A DNA stretch of 63,959 bases, the filler included, from Folioceros fuciformis (taxonomy: Eukaryota), in NCBI GenBank assembly GCA_049999805.1. It is 7 parts of 7 records of this genome, joined end to end, with 100 filler letters (N's around TTAATTAATTAA, not from the genome) between each part and the next. Parts side by side here need not be neighbours in the genome. Positions count along the whole stretch, not along the records: positions 21,686 to 32,261 come from JBNGIO010003118.1; positions 32,362 to 44,486 come from JBNGIO010003120.1; 5 more parts are not named here. One strand, written 5' to 3'. Of this stretch, positions 23,213 to 33,981 are shown in pieces. The translations under genes were made by a program, and so were the position numbers. The notes under the pieces are model-generated. The model ran no database searches and was not told the DNA's origin. It saw only the letters and a list, made by a program, of their open reading frames with translations. The stretch's first letter is position 1; the number at the start of each line of letters is the position of its first letter.

Positions 23213-26200
23213 ATGGAGAGGCTGGTGGAGATGCCGCGCATGCAACCAGAGCTATCGAAAGACGAGCTACGTGAGGTGGAGGAGCTGAGCAGTGACCAAG
23301 AGAAGGAGATGGGTGGTTACTCCTCCACCGAAGACAGCCATATGAGGCTTTGGATGCTGCACAAGGCTCAAGAGATGAACAAGAAGAAGAAGAGGAGACA
23401 CCCGTGGAGGTGATGCCACCCAGGAAGAAATAGAAGACGGTGCGCCGGCCTACCGACGCTCTAGTGCAACGGAAGAAGAAGATAGGCAGGACCTCTCAGG
23501 CGAGGTCGCGGAAAAGAGCCACGGGTTGGTGTCATGGTAATCCTTCTGCAATTTGGTTCTGTTGAATCTAGTTTCTTGTCAAGGAAGGGTAGACATCTAG
23601 TGTAACAGCGGATGTGGTTTAGTGGCAGCATTACCCCAGAAGAGGAAGAACAGGTCGGTAGGTCCTGTCAACGAAGCTTCTGCTAGGCGAAAGCAGAGGC
23701 GGCAGGCTCAAGGGCCTACTTTTGAGGAGGAGCTGCCCCAAACAGTGGAGACAGGCGCTGAACGGATGGAGAGGGTTGCGCAAGATGAGGACTATCTCAA
23801 TGCTGTAAGAAGAAAAGTGCATGCGAAAAGGATCCACTCGATGACATTTGATCTTCATGTAGATATTCTCCACCCAGCAAGTTATATAACAGCGAAGTGC
23901 CTGGTTAGGCAGATGCAGTCAGGGTCTGTGAAGGAAGGTATTTTACCTCTCCTTTGCATGATAGATCCGAAACAGGCTTCTAAGAAAGAAGATGTTTTGC
24001 TGGAGAAGATCACAGTGCAGGGTTACCAGATGGGAGTGCTTGGAGGCAACCATTGCTTCGTAGCTATGCAGAAGCTACATCAGATGTACCCAGCAGAGGA
24101 CAAGTACGAGTGGATGGAAGGGCATGTTTATGCAGGACTGACGGATGAGGAAATGCGAGTCCTCGCAGTGGATCACAACGTTTTTGCAGACAAACGGAAG
24201 AGGATGGGCTTCATCGAGCAAGTACGATACATCCACAATGAGTTGGATATTTTTTACAGGAGCCACGGATTGGACGAGAAGCCACCAGTGAAGTGGAAGT
24301 TTAATCTCTACAGGTTGCTGGGGATGACGGATGAGGCAAGTGATCCACGGGACACTGACTAGGTGCAGAAGATAGTAGATAGGCAAACACTACCATATCG
24401 GGTAGCAAGGTGCAGTGGAGTCCTTTGGGAAAATGTTGACAGGATTTTCAAGATGTGGGAGAGAAGCGAGCTTCCTGAACAGGTAGCAGGATGGAGCACA
24501 GGCACGAAGAAGCGGGCCAAAGCGAAGAGGAAACTAGGGGAAGCTGGCATAGCTTTCAGTAGCACCCCTATGGCTGATGAGTCCATGAAAAAGGTGACAG
24601 CAATGCAGGGCACGCCGGGGAGGGCTTTTCAAGGAGTCCCAACAGGTGCAAAAGGCGAGGAGATGCTGATCGCAGTAACTCAGAAAGTCATCCAGGGAAA
24701 GCTCCAGCTGAAGGACAGGGACGCAGAGGTGGGCAAAAGGAAGACGATTCACCTCATACAGCATGCATTCCGGATAGCTCTTAAATGTGCAACCTTTGAA
24801 GAAGCTAAGCAGTTATACCCCAAGCATATTGAAGACGCGAATCTCCTTCGATTCCAGACGGCCTTTGCAAAAGTGGTAAGTTTCCTTTCAGATGCTTCAG
24901 TGTTTTCAACTAATGTTGGACACTTGGTAGGTTGGCTTGGCCAGTGGCTGGAGTGCCCCGGTAGATCGGCTCACTCCAGCCGCTATAGGGGACCAAGGGC
25001 GGAGTCTGGTTGGAGTGCGCAGGTCTATCAACGCCCTCCAGCCACCGTGCTGGTAGTATGACAGAATTTAGCTGGAGTGCGCCGGCCTACCGGCACCCTC
25101 TAGCCAGATTCTAGCCAGATTCAGGCCAGAAGCAGACACTCAGGCTGGAGTGCGCTGGTCTACCAGCGCACTCAAGCCTTACGCTGGCCTTGGTCTTTCA
25201 TTATGGCTGGAGTGCGCCGGTCGACTGGCGCACTCCAACCATCTTGACTATAGAAATTTACATATTGTGCTGACAAAAATGTTTGTTGGCAAAAACCTGC
25301 AGATATAAACGACCTGGAATCTTTGCCCAAACCGTTCCAGGATTACATGTACTCAGCGAGGAACTAGAAACGGATGGAAGAAGAGAAGCAGAAACTCGCA
25401 GACGCAAATATGGATGCTGGACTATTCGAGTTCAGAGTCCCTAACAACAACCAAAAAATGAAATATCAAGTGATGCAGCGAAACGTTCTGGAGATGAGCA
25501 AATTTCTGGTAAAGAGACCATATACCCTTTTATTCGCTGATTTGCCTCGAGGTCTCCAACGACATGACTTTGATAGACAGTTGACTAGCGAGGACCTTGA
25601 AGACATGATAAGGGGGTTTTCTGAATGCACAAGTAGTAATGTGTATCGAGTGGTCCTCATGCATGGGGTGGACCTCATCTCATAGGCGAGAGAGGCACTT
25701 AGGCCATGGTGCAAGAAAGGCACCATACAGACATTGGTTTGGGAAAAGACCAACATTCCTCCGAATGCAAGGGCAGTGAAGACTGTGGAGTACCTTACAG
25801 TTGGAAGTGCAGTCCACTCGGAAGCTCAGACCACCAAAGCAGCCTTATTTGCGAATTAGGGATTTCTTCTGCCGAGAGGGATAAGGCATGGTGCTATCGT
25901 GAAAAAACATCTTTTTCACTCGGCCGATTCGATGGTCGTCTCCCCATATCAGAAGCCATTGGGGTTAATGGGAATGCTGGTGAACATTTTTTGGCTAAAG
26001 GAGACTGGGTAGTGGATGCCTGCGCAGGATATGGATCATTCCTTCAGGCTGCAATTCAGAGGGGGAGGCATGTTGTCGTGATGGACGTCGATATACGATG
26101 CACGACATACATGATGCAGAGAGTGAATGGACTTGGATCTTTGCCAGACGCTGATGAAGAGATCAGCACAGACCCCTTCTCGCATGGGCCCACGAAGTTT

Positions 26201-26497
26201 TGGGCCAAAGAAGTCTGCGCGGACGGTAGTGTGGATCGACGGATGCAGGTGTACAGTTTGCTGGGGAAGAAAGGTGAAGTTATTACTCACTCGGACGATA
26301 GACCAGCGGAAGATCTGTCTGCGATGACCACTAGGGATGAGAATGGCACGCTTCCGTCTCAAACAGTGGACGACCCACATTTCTTGGTTCTGGAGGTGGA
26401 AGGAGACGACTTCGGCGACACAGAGGGCCAACGCCTAAAAGATGTAGAGACAGTTGTCGATTCTGAGGCCATCCAAGACGTACATGACTTGATATAG
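23213..26497 (+). pseudogene. Spliced ParB/Srx-like domain fused to beta-class N6-adenine/N4-cytosine DNA methyltransferase (N6_N4_Mtase-like)
   Basis: ParB-like VLGGNHCFVAMQKL...VYAGLTDEEMRVLAVDHN at 24036-24180. MTase motifs appear in beta order: LLFADLPRG (DLPR at 25539-25550, DPPY-equivalent), LVWEK, SPYQKPLGLMGMLV, GDWVVDACAGYGSFLQAAIQRGRHVVVMDVD. Probable introns at ~23537-23608 and 24876-25302. In-frame TAG stops and a frameshift at ~25990. The start codon is uncertain. Confidence 0.82.
24946..25240. repeat. Regularly interspaced palindromic array: 5 x 36-bp repeats with 26-nt spacers
   Basis: Repeats at 24946-24981, 25008-25043, 25070-25105, 25143-25178 and 25205-25240. Consensus GGCTGGAGTGCGCCGGT-NN-ACCGGCGCACTCCAGCC. 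Spacers are 26, 26, 37 (26 plus an 11-bp duplication ctagccagatt) and 26 nt. Confidence 0.92.
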
Positions 26498-26859
26498 AGA
26501 ATATTTGAAAGTAGTTGCATTTGTGGTACAATATGCCTTTATTTAAATTTGACTGGTAAAGGTTTTTAATTCATAGCATGCACATAGCCAGCTTCTTTTT
26601 ACTGAACCACACTGTTCAGTGCGCCAGTAGACTGGCGCACTCGAAGGACGATTCGGTTTTTGTACAAAATTTAATCGGTCTTCTACTTTATGCTTCAGTT
26701 GGATTGTGATGTTTTGGTTATTTGTGATTATATGTGGTGTCCACCACAAGTCCAAACAATATGTTTTTTAAAAGACAGCTTAAATGTGGATATGTGACGA
26801 GGATGGTGTAAATTCAAAAGTGCGCCAAACGGGCTTCATGGAATACGACCATTAGGCGC

Positions 26860-29800
26860 AGACCTTGTTATAGGGCTGAACAGTTTATTTTCCTCGTAGT
26901 CGAATCCAAGGATCTATGTGAAGCCTCGTGCCACCAGTATCGCTTTATGCCTTGCCACTGTGCCGTCTGAGTTGAGTTCCCTTTGAAAAGTCCATTTACA
27001 GGAAATGGGTTTCCTCCCCTCAGGTAAGTCTCCATGTTTTGTTGTTGATGAGGGAATCGTATTCGGATTGAATAGCAGTTGTCCACTCAGGGGAAGAGAG
27101 GGCTTCATCAATGGAGAGAGGTACACCTTGCATTTCTATGGCTGATAAGGCCTGATGGACAGCTTCGTCCAATGGATCGGTGTGAGGATGAGAGGTGGCT
27201 GTTGTCTCTGATGATATCCTATTGACGAGTGCGTCTCCAAGGGAGTATGGTGGCTCCTTCCACTCATTTCTTGGGGGTCTATTCCTGGAGGATCTTCTTA
27301 CGGCTTCTGGTGGAGCAGGCAAGGTGGGTTCAGGGTTTACCTGAGCTTGTATGACTGGCTGGTTGAATTCGGTGTCATCCGAGAAAGGAATGGAGGGAGG
27401 TAAGTTTGATTGCTGTGGTATTTGTATAGGCTATAGGCTAACCTGTGTGGGGTGAATTGGCTGCTAGATTACTGGTATGAGATGAACTGGATGTTGGATT
27501 ACCTCTTGAGATTGGTTCTCACTATTGTAGTATGCGGCCCCTTCAAGCTCAAGAGGGGGTGCAATTGCACAGTGACCAAAGATACTAGGTGCTGGAAGAG
27601 GAGCAGAAGTGAGAGAAGACCGGAAGAGGACATTGAGTAAGTGAGATTCATTAAACTGGATGCTTCGGGAATGTATTACCTCTCTAGAGCTAGGGTCAAA
27701 AAGTCGGTAGGCTTTAACCTGATTGGAGTACCCTATGAAGAGCATCTTGCGGCCTTTGTCGTCCCACTTGCGTCTAGTTTCTGCGGCAATGTGGGCAAAG
27801 GCGGGGCTGCCAAAATGCGTAAGTGGGATACTCTGGGTTTGTGGCCTGTCCATCGTTCGAAGGGTGTGATGCTGGGGAGCTCCTTCATAGGGAGCCTGTT
27901 CTTAAGGTAAATTAGAGGTTGACACGGCTTTAGCCCATTTACCTTTAGTGAGTCCAGCAAGCTTGAGCAGAGATCTTGAGATTTCGAGAAGGGAGCGATT
28001 GAGGCGCTCAGCAAATGGGTTTTGAGCAGGAGTGTAAGGTACCATGTATTGCCTCTAAATGCCCTTTGATTTGCAGAATTCCTGGAATGCTTTGCTAACA
28101 TACTCGCCTCTGTTGTCTGTGCGTAGGGTGGCAACTTGGAAGCCTGTTTGTCTTTCTAGGCTGAGGAGGAAGTCCTGGAAGCATGAGAGGGTGGTGTCCT
28201 TGCGCTTGTACACGTGACTATACTACTCCACTCGTCCATGAAGGTGATGAAGTAGCTGTGGCCACCAAAAGATTCAGTGCTCATGGGTCCGCATACGTCA
28301 GAGTGGATGGTTTCCAACAGGTGTCGTGCTCGTGTGGGGGAAGGATCTTTAAAAGGTAACTGGTTCAGCTTTGTGTATTGACATATTTTGTAGCACAGGG
28401 TCCTTGCACATGGTAGGGTTGGCGAGCATGTTTAAGTATCAAGGGTTCATGTGGCCTGCTCGGCAATGCCAAGGGACTCGTTCGGAGATGTGGGGGAACT
28501 ACTATCGGCTAGCAGGGAAGTGGATTGAATGTTGAGGAGGTATAGGTCGTTAAACGGGAGTCCATGGGGTAGGGTGACCTGGTTCAGATCCTTGCTATGA
28601 TGGACTGTGTAGTGATTTCCCTAAAAGGTGATGATGAGGTCATGCTCTGTGGCTAGTTTACGGACTGATAACAAATTTTTTGTCATGGCATGGACGTGAA
28701 GGATGCCATTGATGGTGAGAAGTTCACCATTGGATAAACAAAGCATGACCTCTCCTGAACTGTGGATAGGAAGGGCACTATCATTCCCAAGAAGGACATG
28801 CTGGTATGAGAGAACTGTGTGATAGGAGGTAAACATGTTACGATAGCTACATATGTGGGTTGTGGCCCCAGAGTCTAAGAACCAACGACTTGTGTCTGTT
28901 GTGGTAAGTGTAAGACATACTGCTAGTATGGAGTTGGCTGGTGGTGACTTAGCTGTGGTTATGAAGTGAGATTCATTGCGTGGTGCTTCCCTTTGAGGTT
29001 TGCCTGCCTGCTTCTTGCGACATTCGCCCTCGTAGTGTCCAATGATCTTACACCAATTACATGCTCCTTTACTGATGCGCCTATCAAAAGGCTTGCTTTG
29101 TGGAAACTGTTGGCTGGGAAAGCCAAGTAGTTTGTTGAAGACTGGCCTCTTCTGTTGGAGAAACCTCCTCGTCGTCCATCGCGTCTGTTACCCCTTCCGC
29201 AAGATACAAACAGGGCATGGCTGGTGCCGGCGTTATTGCGAGTGATCCTGGTTCTGCTCGACTCTTCTTCGAGTAATGCTTCAACCACATCCGAGAAAGT
29301 GTAAGCCGGTGGTGCGTTTGCTCTGACCGCTTGGATTGCTTGTCTCAAGGCCGAGTTTTGTGAACTAACAAAGTTCCTGTATGATGTAGGCATAGATTTT
29401 AGAAGGGCGACTACTACCTGAAGCTCTGTGATGATGGTGCCGCCGCTGGAGAGCTTTGCTCGCTGGGACCGGAAAACATTCACGTGATGTTCAACACTAT
29501 TGTCGTCCTTCATCTTGAGTGAGTAGAACTGTCTTGTGGCGTTAATAAGAGACATAGAGCTCTGTGCTTGGAACATATCGTTAAACGCTTTCCACACATC
29601 GTGTGAGGTCGTCTGACCTTGGGTGTGTTGTAGCATTGTCTTGTCAATCGCAGATATCAAGATGTTTCGGGCTCTCTTATCTCTCCTATCCCAAGTAGCT
29701 ATCTCGTCGGGGGTAGATGGTATTGCGGAGGTGAGAGAAGGCCGTAACAAGGTACCATATGTGATTGACATTAGAACGTGTTCCTCTAACAGAGCAGTAA

Positions 29801-30507
29801 TTCTTATGTGCCAGATATCGCGTAATCGCTTCTTGTGAAGGGATCACAGTCTCTAAATTCTACTTTGGTGGTGTTAATCACCGTGGAAGCAGGATTAGGG
29901 ACAGGATGAGCCATGGTTGCTTTGCTTGTGAGCTTTGCTGATTTCTTGGCAAGGAGTTTAGTTGTGTGAGAAGCATGCGGATCAAATTTGGGCATAGGAA
30001 GTAGGAAGATGGGATGTGTCTAATTTACATCTGTCTGTGGACAGGGATGCGACGGATTGCGAGATGAAGGGCCTCGAGCTGTGACTCGATGCAATTCAGT
30101 TGAATTCTGAGATAATCAGGTGTAATTGGTATGCTGGCTGGAAACAGGGCAGTGTATGCGCATCTATGTGAGTGGGAGATGGGCCTAGTAGCCACATTCG
30201 TTGCGCACGGCAGTGGAGCAATGGGTCGTGTGCGCTGGCGGCGGCGTCGCTTGTCGCGAGTGATCCACTCTATGCAGTTTGTGCAGGGTGTTCCCTTTGT
30301 GGCAGATGCGTGGCCGGCTGGGGCAGATGACGCGGGAATGTGCCGCCTCGGCATTCTCGTTTGCTTAGGACCTTTGGCTCTCGGGGCCCTCTATTTGTTG
30401 CATATCCATGGTGTGTAGTGTTGCAACACCAGTGTCGTGAAGCGGCTGCGAGGTCAAGGGGTGGAGAGCCCTTGGGCTCTGATACCATGAAAACGCACAA
30501 GAACAAC
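26860..30507 (-). mobile_element. Ty1/copia element C, truncated within RT
   Basis: PBS at 30476-30487 and a ~20-bp LTR stub. Gag at 28959-29870 (RRDKRARNILISAID, LLKSMPTSY). Protease WFLDSGATTH, integrase (TPFERWTGHKP) and RT start (KAILVARGFT) follow, ending at ~26860. Confidence 0.9.
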
Positions 30508-32261
30508 ATTCGCTCCGTAAGAACCAAACGTGGGAGTTGGTTTGGTTGCCTAGGGATAAGAAGGAATCACCATGCAAATGGGTGTATAAGATGAAGGTCA
30601 TACCCCATGATGGCAAAGCCAAGTACAAGGCGTCATTGGTTGCTAAGGGTTTTAAGCAATAGCAAGGTATTGACTTTGATGAGATTTTCTCACCAGTTGT
30701 CAAAATGACCACTTTGCGATGTGTTCTTACTCTGGTTGCGAGGAATGACATGGAACTTGTCCAGATGGATGTGAAGTCGGTATTTCTGCATGGTGATCTC
30801 CAGGAAGAGGTATATATGCTGCAACCAAAGGGTTTCATTGAGAAGGGCAGAGAGCATCTGGTGTGCAGGTTAAAGAAGAGCCTTGATGCTTTGAAACAGG
30901 CACCCAAAGAGTGGTATTACAAGTTCCACTCATTTTTGCTTTCTCAAGGCTACAAACATAGCAATGAGGATCATTGCCTCTGTACGAAGCAAGCTAAGGA
31001 TGGAAGCTTGCTCATTTTGGTCCTCTATGTGAATGATATGCTAATTGCTGGGAGTAGCAGTGATGAGATTTCAACGTTGAAGTCAAAGTTCAATGCTTGC
31101 TTTGACATGACAGACTTGGGAGAGGCAAGCCATATTCTTGGCATGCGTATTCGTCGAGACAAACATAAGCATTTGCTTTACTTTTCTCAAACTGAATACA
31201 TTAACAGGGTGCTTCAACGTTTCAATATGGAGAAGAAGAAGGTATTGAGTACTCCGTTGCCTTCATATGTGAAACTTTCGAGCAAGGATTGCCTAAGCTC
31301 TGCGGAGGACAAAGCTAAAATGGAGAAGGTTCCATACTCATCAGCAATAGGGAGTTTGATGTATGCAACGATTGCTACACGTCCTGACATTGTTTTTGCA
31401 GTGGGAGTGGTTAGCAGGTTTATGTCAAACCCTGGCAAGAAGCATTGGGAGGCAGTAAAGGAGTCATGAGGTATTTAAATGGTACAAAAGCTTTGTGCAT
31501 ATGTTCTGGTAGTGAGGATGCATTTGTCGTTGGATATACACATGTTGATTATGCACGGGATATGAACAAAAGGAGGTCCACATCATGTTATGTCTTCATG
31601 TGCACTAGAGGGGTAGCCTCATGGTGATCTCGTTTGCAATCGTGCATAACGCTATCTACCATAGAGGCCGAGTATGTTGCAGTGACTGAGGCTTGCAAGG
31701 AAGCCATGTGGCTTGCTCGTTTAGTGGGAGACTTGGGGATCAAGGTTGAGCAGCCAATGTTGCATTGTGAAGCTAGAGTGCTATCCAATTGGTGAAGAAT
31801 CCAGTGTTTCATGCGAAGACCAAACATGTGGAAGTGAAGTATCACTTCATTCGAGAGGTGTTGGAAGATAAGAGGGTACAGCTTGTCAAAGTTCACACCA
31901 GTCAGAACCCTGGAGCTCTCTACGGAGCAATTTGCACAAGCTCGGACACTCATGGGCATGAGGTAGACCACTCTCCTATGAAGGTAAATTGGCCTTTAAG
32001 TGGGAGTTGTAGGGTTATTAAAGCCCAATGTGCTTAGACTAATGTGTTTAGTCTAAGATTAGTGTCTAGTTAAATATCATTTGTTTAGATTAGCTAAGCT
32101 AATCTTTAGGAAGCTTCTTGTGCAGCTTCTTGTGCGCTTCTTGTGAAGCTTCCTTGGGAGCTCTTCTACAGGGTATAAATACCCTCTTGAGCTCCCTTGC
32201 AATTGAGATTGTGTGAGAGTGTGAGACCTCTCTTTCTTCTCTCCTCCTTGCTTCCTCCTCT
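30508..32261 (+). mobile_element. 5'-truncated copia B-family copy (RT-RH, PPT, 3' LTR 32008-32261)
   Basis: ORF 30705-31469 is near-identical to the copia B RT. The LTR starts tgtagggttattaaagccc as in copia B and runs into the gap. Confidence 0.92.
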
Positions 32262-32361
32262 NNNNNNNNNNNNNNNNNNNNNNNNNNNNNNNNNNNNNNN
32301 NNNNNTTAATTAATTAANNNNNNNNNNNNNNNNNNNNNNNNNNNNNNNNNNNNNNNNNNNN
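32262..32361. other. Artificial contig spacer
   Basis: N44-TTAATTAATTAA-N44. Confidence 0.98.
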
Positions 32362-32446
32362 TCTTACTTCTGCACGGGTGCTGTGTTGTTTGTGCAGCTT
32401 GAGGCGAGAAGATATCTCTTGGTCGGTGTTCCATCAACCAAAGTTC

Positions 32447-33045
32447 ATGTCAGATCTAGACGTTCAGATCGCGGGGGCTTACGGTACGTGCGAATCTTTT
32501 GGACGTTACCACGCCGTTTCTCCGCTGTGTTGTCCGGATAGGTGACTTTTCTTCGTCTCTTGCAGATCCGTTCGCTGACGCGAATGCTGAGGATTCTGGG
32601 GCAGGGTCTAAGGACTATGTGCATGTCCGCGTGCAGCAGCGGAATGGTAGAAAGAGTCTGACAACTGTGCAGGGCTTGAAGAAAGAATTCAATTACAACA
32701 AAATCCTCAAGGATTTCAAGAAGGTAGGTCAGCTCTTAGGCCCACCCCATTCCTCATTGTCACCACGGTACTTGTGCGAGCGAGTTTTCTGACGTGAATC
32801 TGTGGTGCAGGAATTCTGCTGCAATGGGACCGTTGTGCAAGACACGGAGCTGGGTCAGGTGATTCAGCTGCAAGGGGACCAACGCAAGAATGTTTCGCAG
32901 TTCCTCGTGCAGGTGAGCATTCAACTCTGTTGTCTCTGCGGTGAGCCACGGTCCTACGGCTGAGCGATTTCTGACGGGTTGTTTCTTGGTTCTGCAACAG
33001 GCTGGAGTTGTGAAAAAAGATCTCATCAAAATTCACGGGTTCTGA
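32447..33045 (+). CDS. eIF1: Eukaryotic translation initiation factor 1 (SUI1), 113 aa; exons 32447-32483, 32566-32723, 32811-32912, 33001-33045
   Basis: All introns are GT-AG. Spliced product: MSDLDVQIAGAYDPFADANAEDSGAGSKDYVHVRVQQRNGRKSLTTVQGLKKEFNYNKILKDFKKEFCCNGTVVQDTELGQVIQLQGDQRKNVSQFLVQAGVVKKDLIKIHGF*. Confidence 0.97.
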
Positions 33046-33639
33046 GGTGGGACACCGTTATATCGAAGCTTTGCCAGATGCCCGGGGCATGATGTGCGGT
33101 GTCTGAACTTTGGATGTTGCGGCAAGTGGGTCTTGGCTGTGGAATTCCATGAGCCGCTAGGGTTTGGCTTTTGTGTTGTGGTTGTAGGGTGATGTCCCCA
33201 CACGTTTATGCAGTGTTAATTTCTCCCACGACTTGGCTTGACCGTGTGAGTCGGCAAAGATGTGGGGAAAGCTGGCATCTATTAATGTACTTGAGTTTCT
33301 GGTGTGGTCATTCACTCTGTGTACATAACGACTCCTAGTGGAGTCGGAACTAGTTGTGCAAAATAAAAGCCATGTTGAGAACGCCGTTCAAATGGGCGAC
33401 CTCTTGACGTGGTCCTTGTGGTTCACCTATGACATTCACAAGGCTGGCCTCGGTCGTACCCACTCCTGTCAGGCCTGGTTGTGACACTTCGGAGAGCCCG
33501 CATAATGGTTTCAGCACGGCTTCCACCAACACACCTGTTGCGACAGCACCGACGAATTAATGACGCACTACTCGCCGCTCTTGTTATTTACGTAGTTCGA
33601 ACACGGTTATGCCTCGTCAAGTTACACGCAGCTCTAGCT

Positions 33640-33981
33640 ATGGCTTCGTCCACCTCTGTATTGATGCTCCTCCTTCTCGTCTCGCTTGTGACTGCCGTCT
33701 TCGCTACAGCTGATTCGCTGGGGGCGTCGGGGGAAGCCTTGCAAGAAAGTGATGCCAGCATCCATGTGAAGGTGAAGTGTAACGTGGATGTGGTGGCCTG
33801 TCTGCGAGGGAAGCGACAGTGCTGCCAGCAGCTGGAGAAAGCGGACGCTGCCTGCTTCTGCAGCGTTGCGCGCAAGGTTGCAGTGACTGTGAACGTGGAC
33901 GTTGCCGTGAACTTGCTCAAGACTGTTTGCCCCAAGCTGGTGGACGTTCACGTCCGTGTTATCTGCCCCGGCAGCCATTGA
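33640..33981 (+). CDS. Secreted 8-cysteine-motif protein (nsLTP/prolamin superfamily), 113 aa
   Basis: Hydrophobic signal peptide MASSTSVLMLLLLVSLVTAVFA, then the C-x6-C-x6-CC-x9-CFC...C...C pattern. Intronless. Confidence 0.85.
   Translation: MASSTSVLMLLLLVSLVTAVFATADSLGASGEALQESDASIHVKVKCNVDVVACLRGKRQCCQQLEKADAACFCSVARKVAVTVNVDVAVNLLKTVCPKLVDVHVRVICPGSH

Noticed and set aside
24946-25240. Calling the array a bona fide CRISPR
   Set aside because: No cas genes are visible, the context is a eukaryotic intron, the repeats are degenerate whole-length palindromes with mixed orientation, and the spacers show traces of mutual similarity. Reported as CRISPR-like only.
21686-26860. Bacterial or phage contamination as the source of the MTase
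   Set aside because: The gene has GT-AG introns and TAG-type decay, and shares a contig with plant copia elements, including the B family seen on other contigs.
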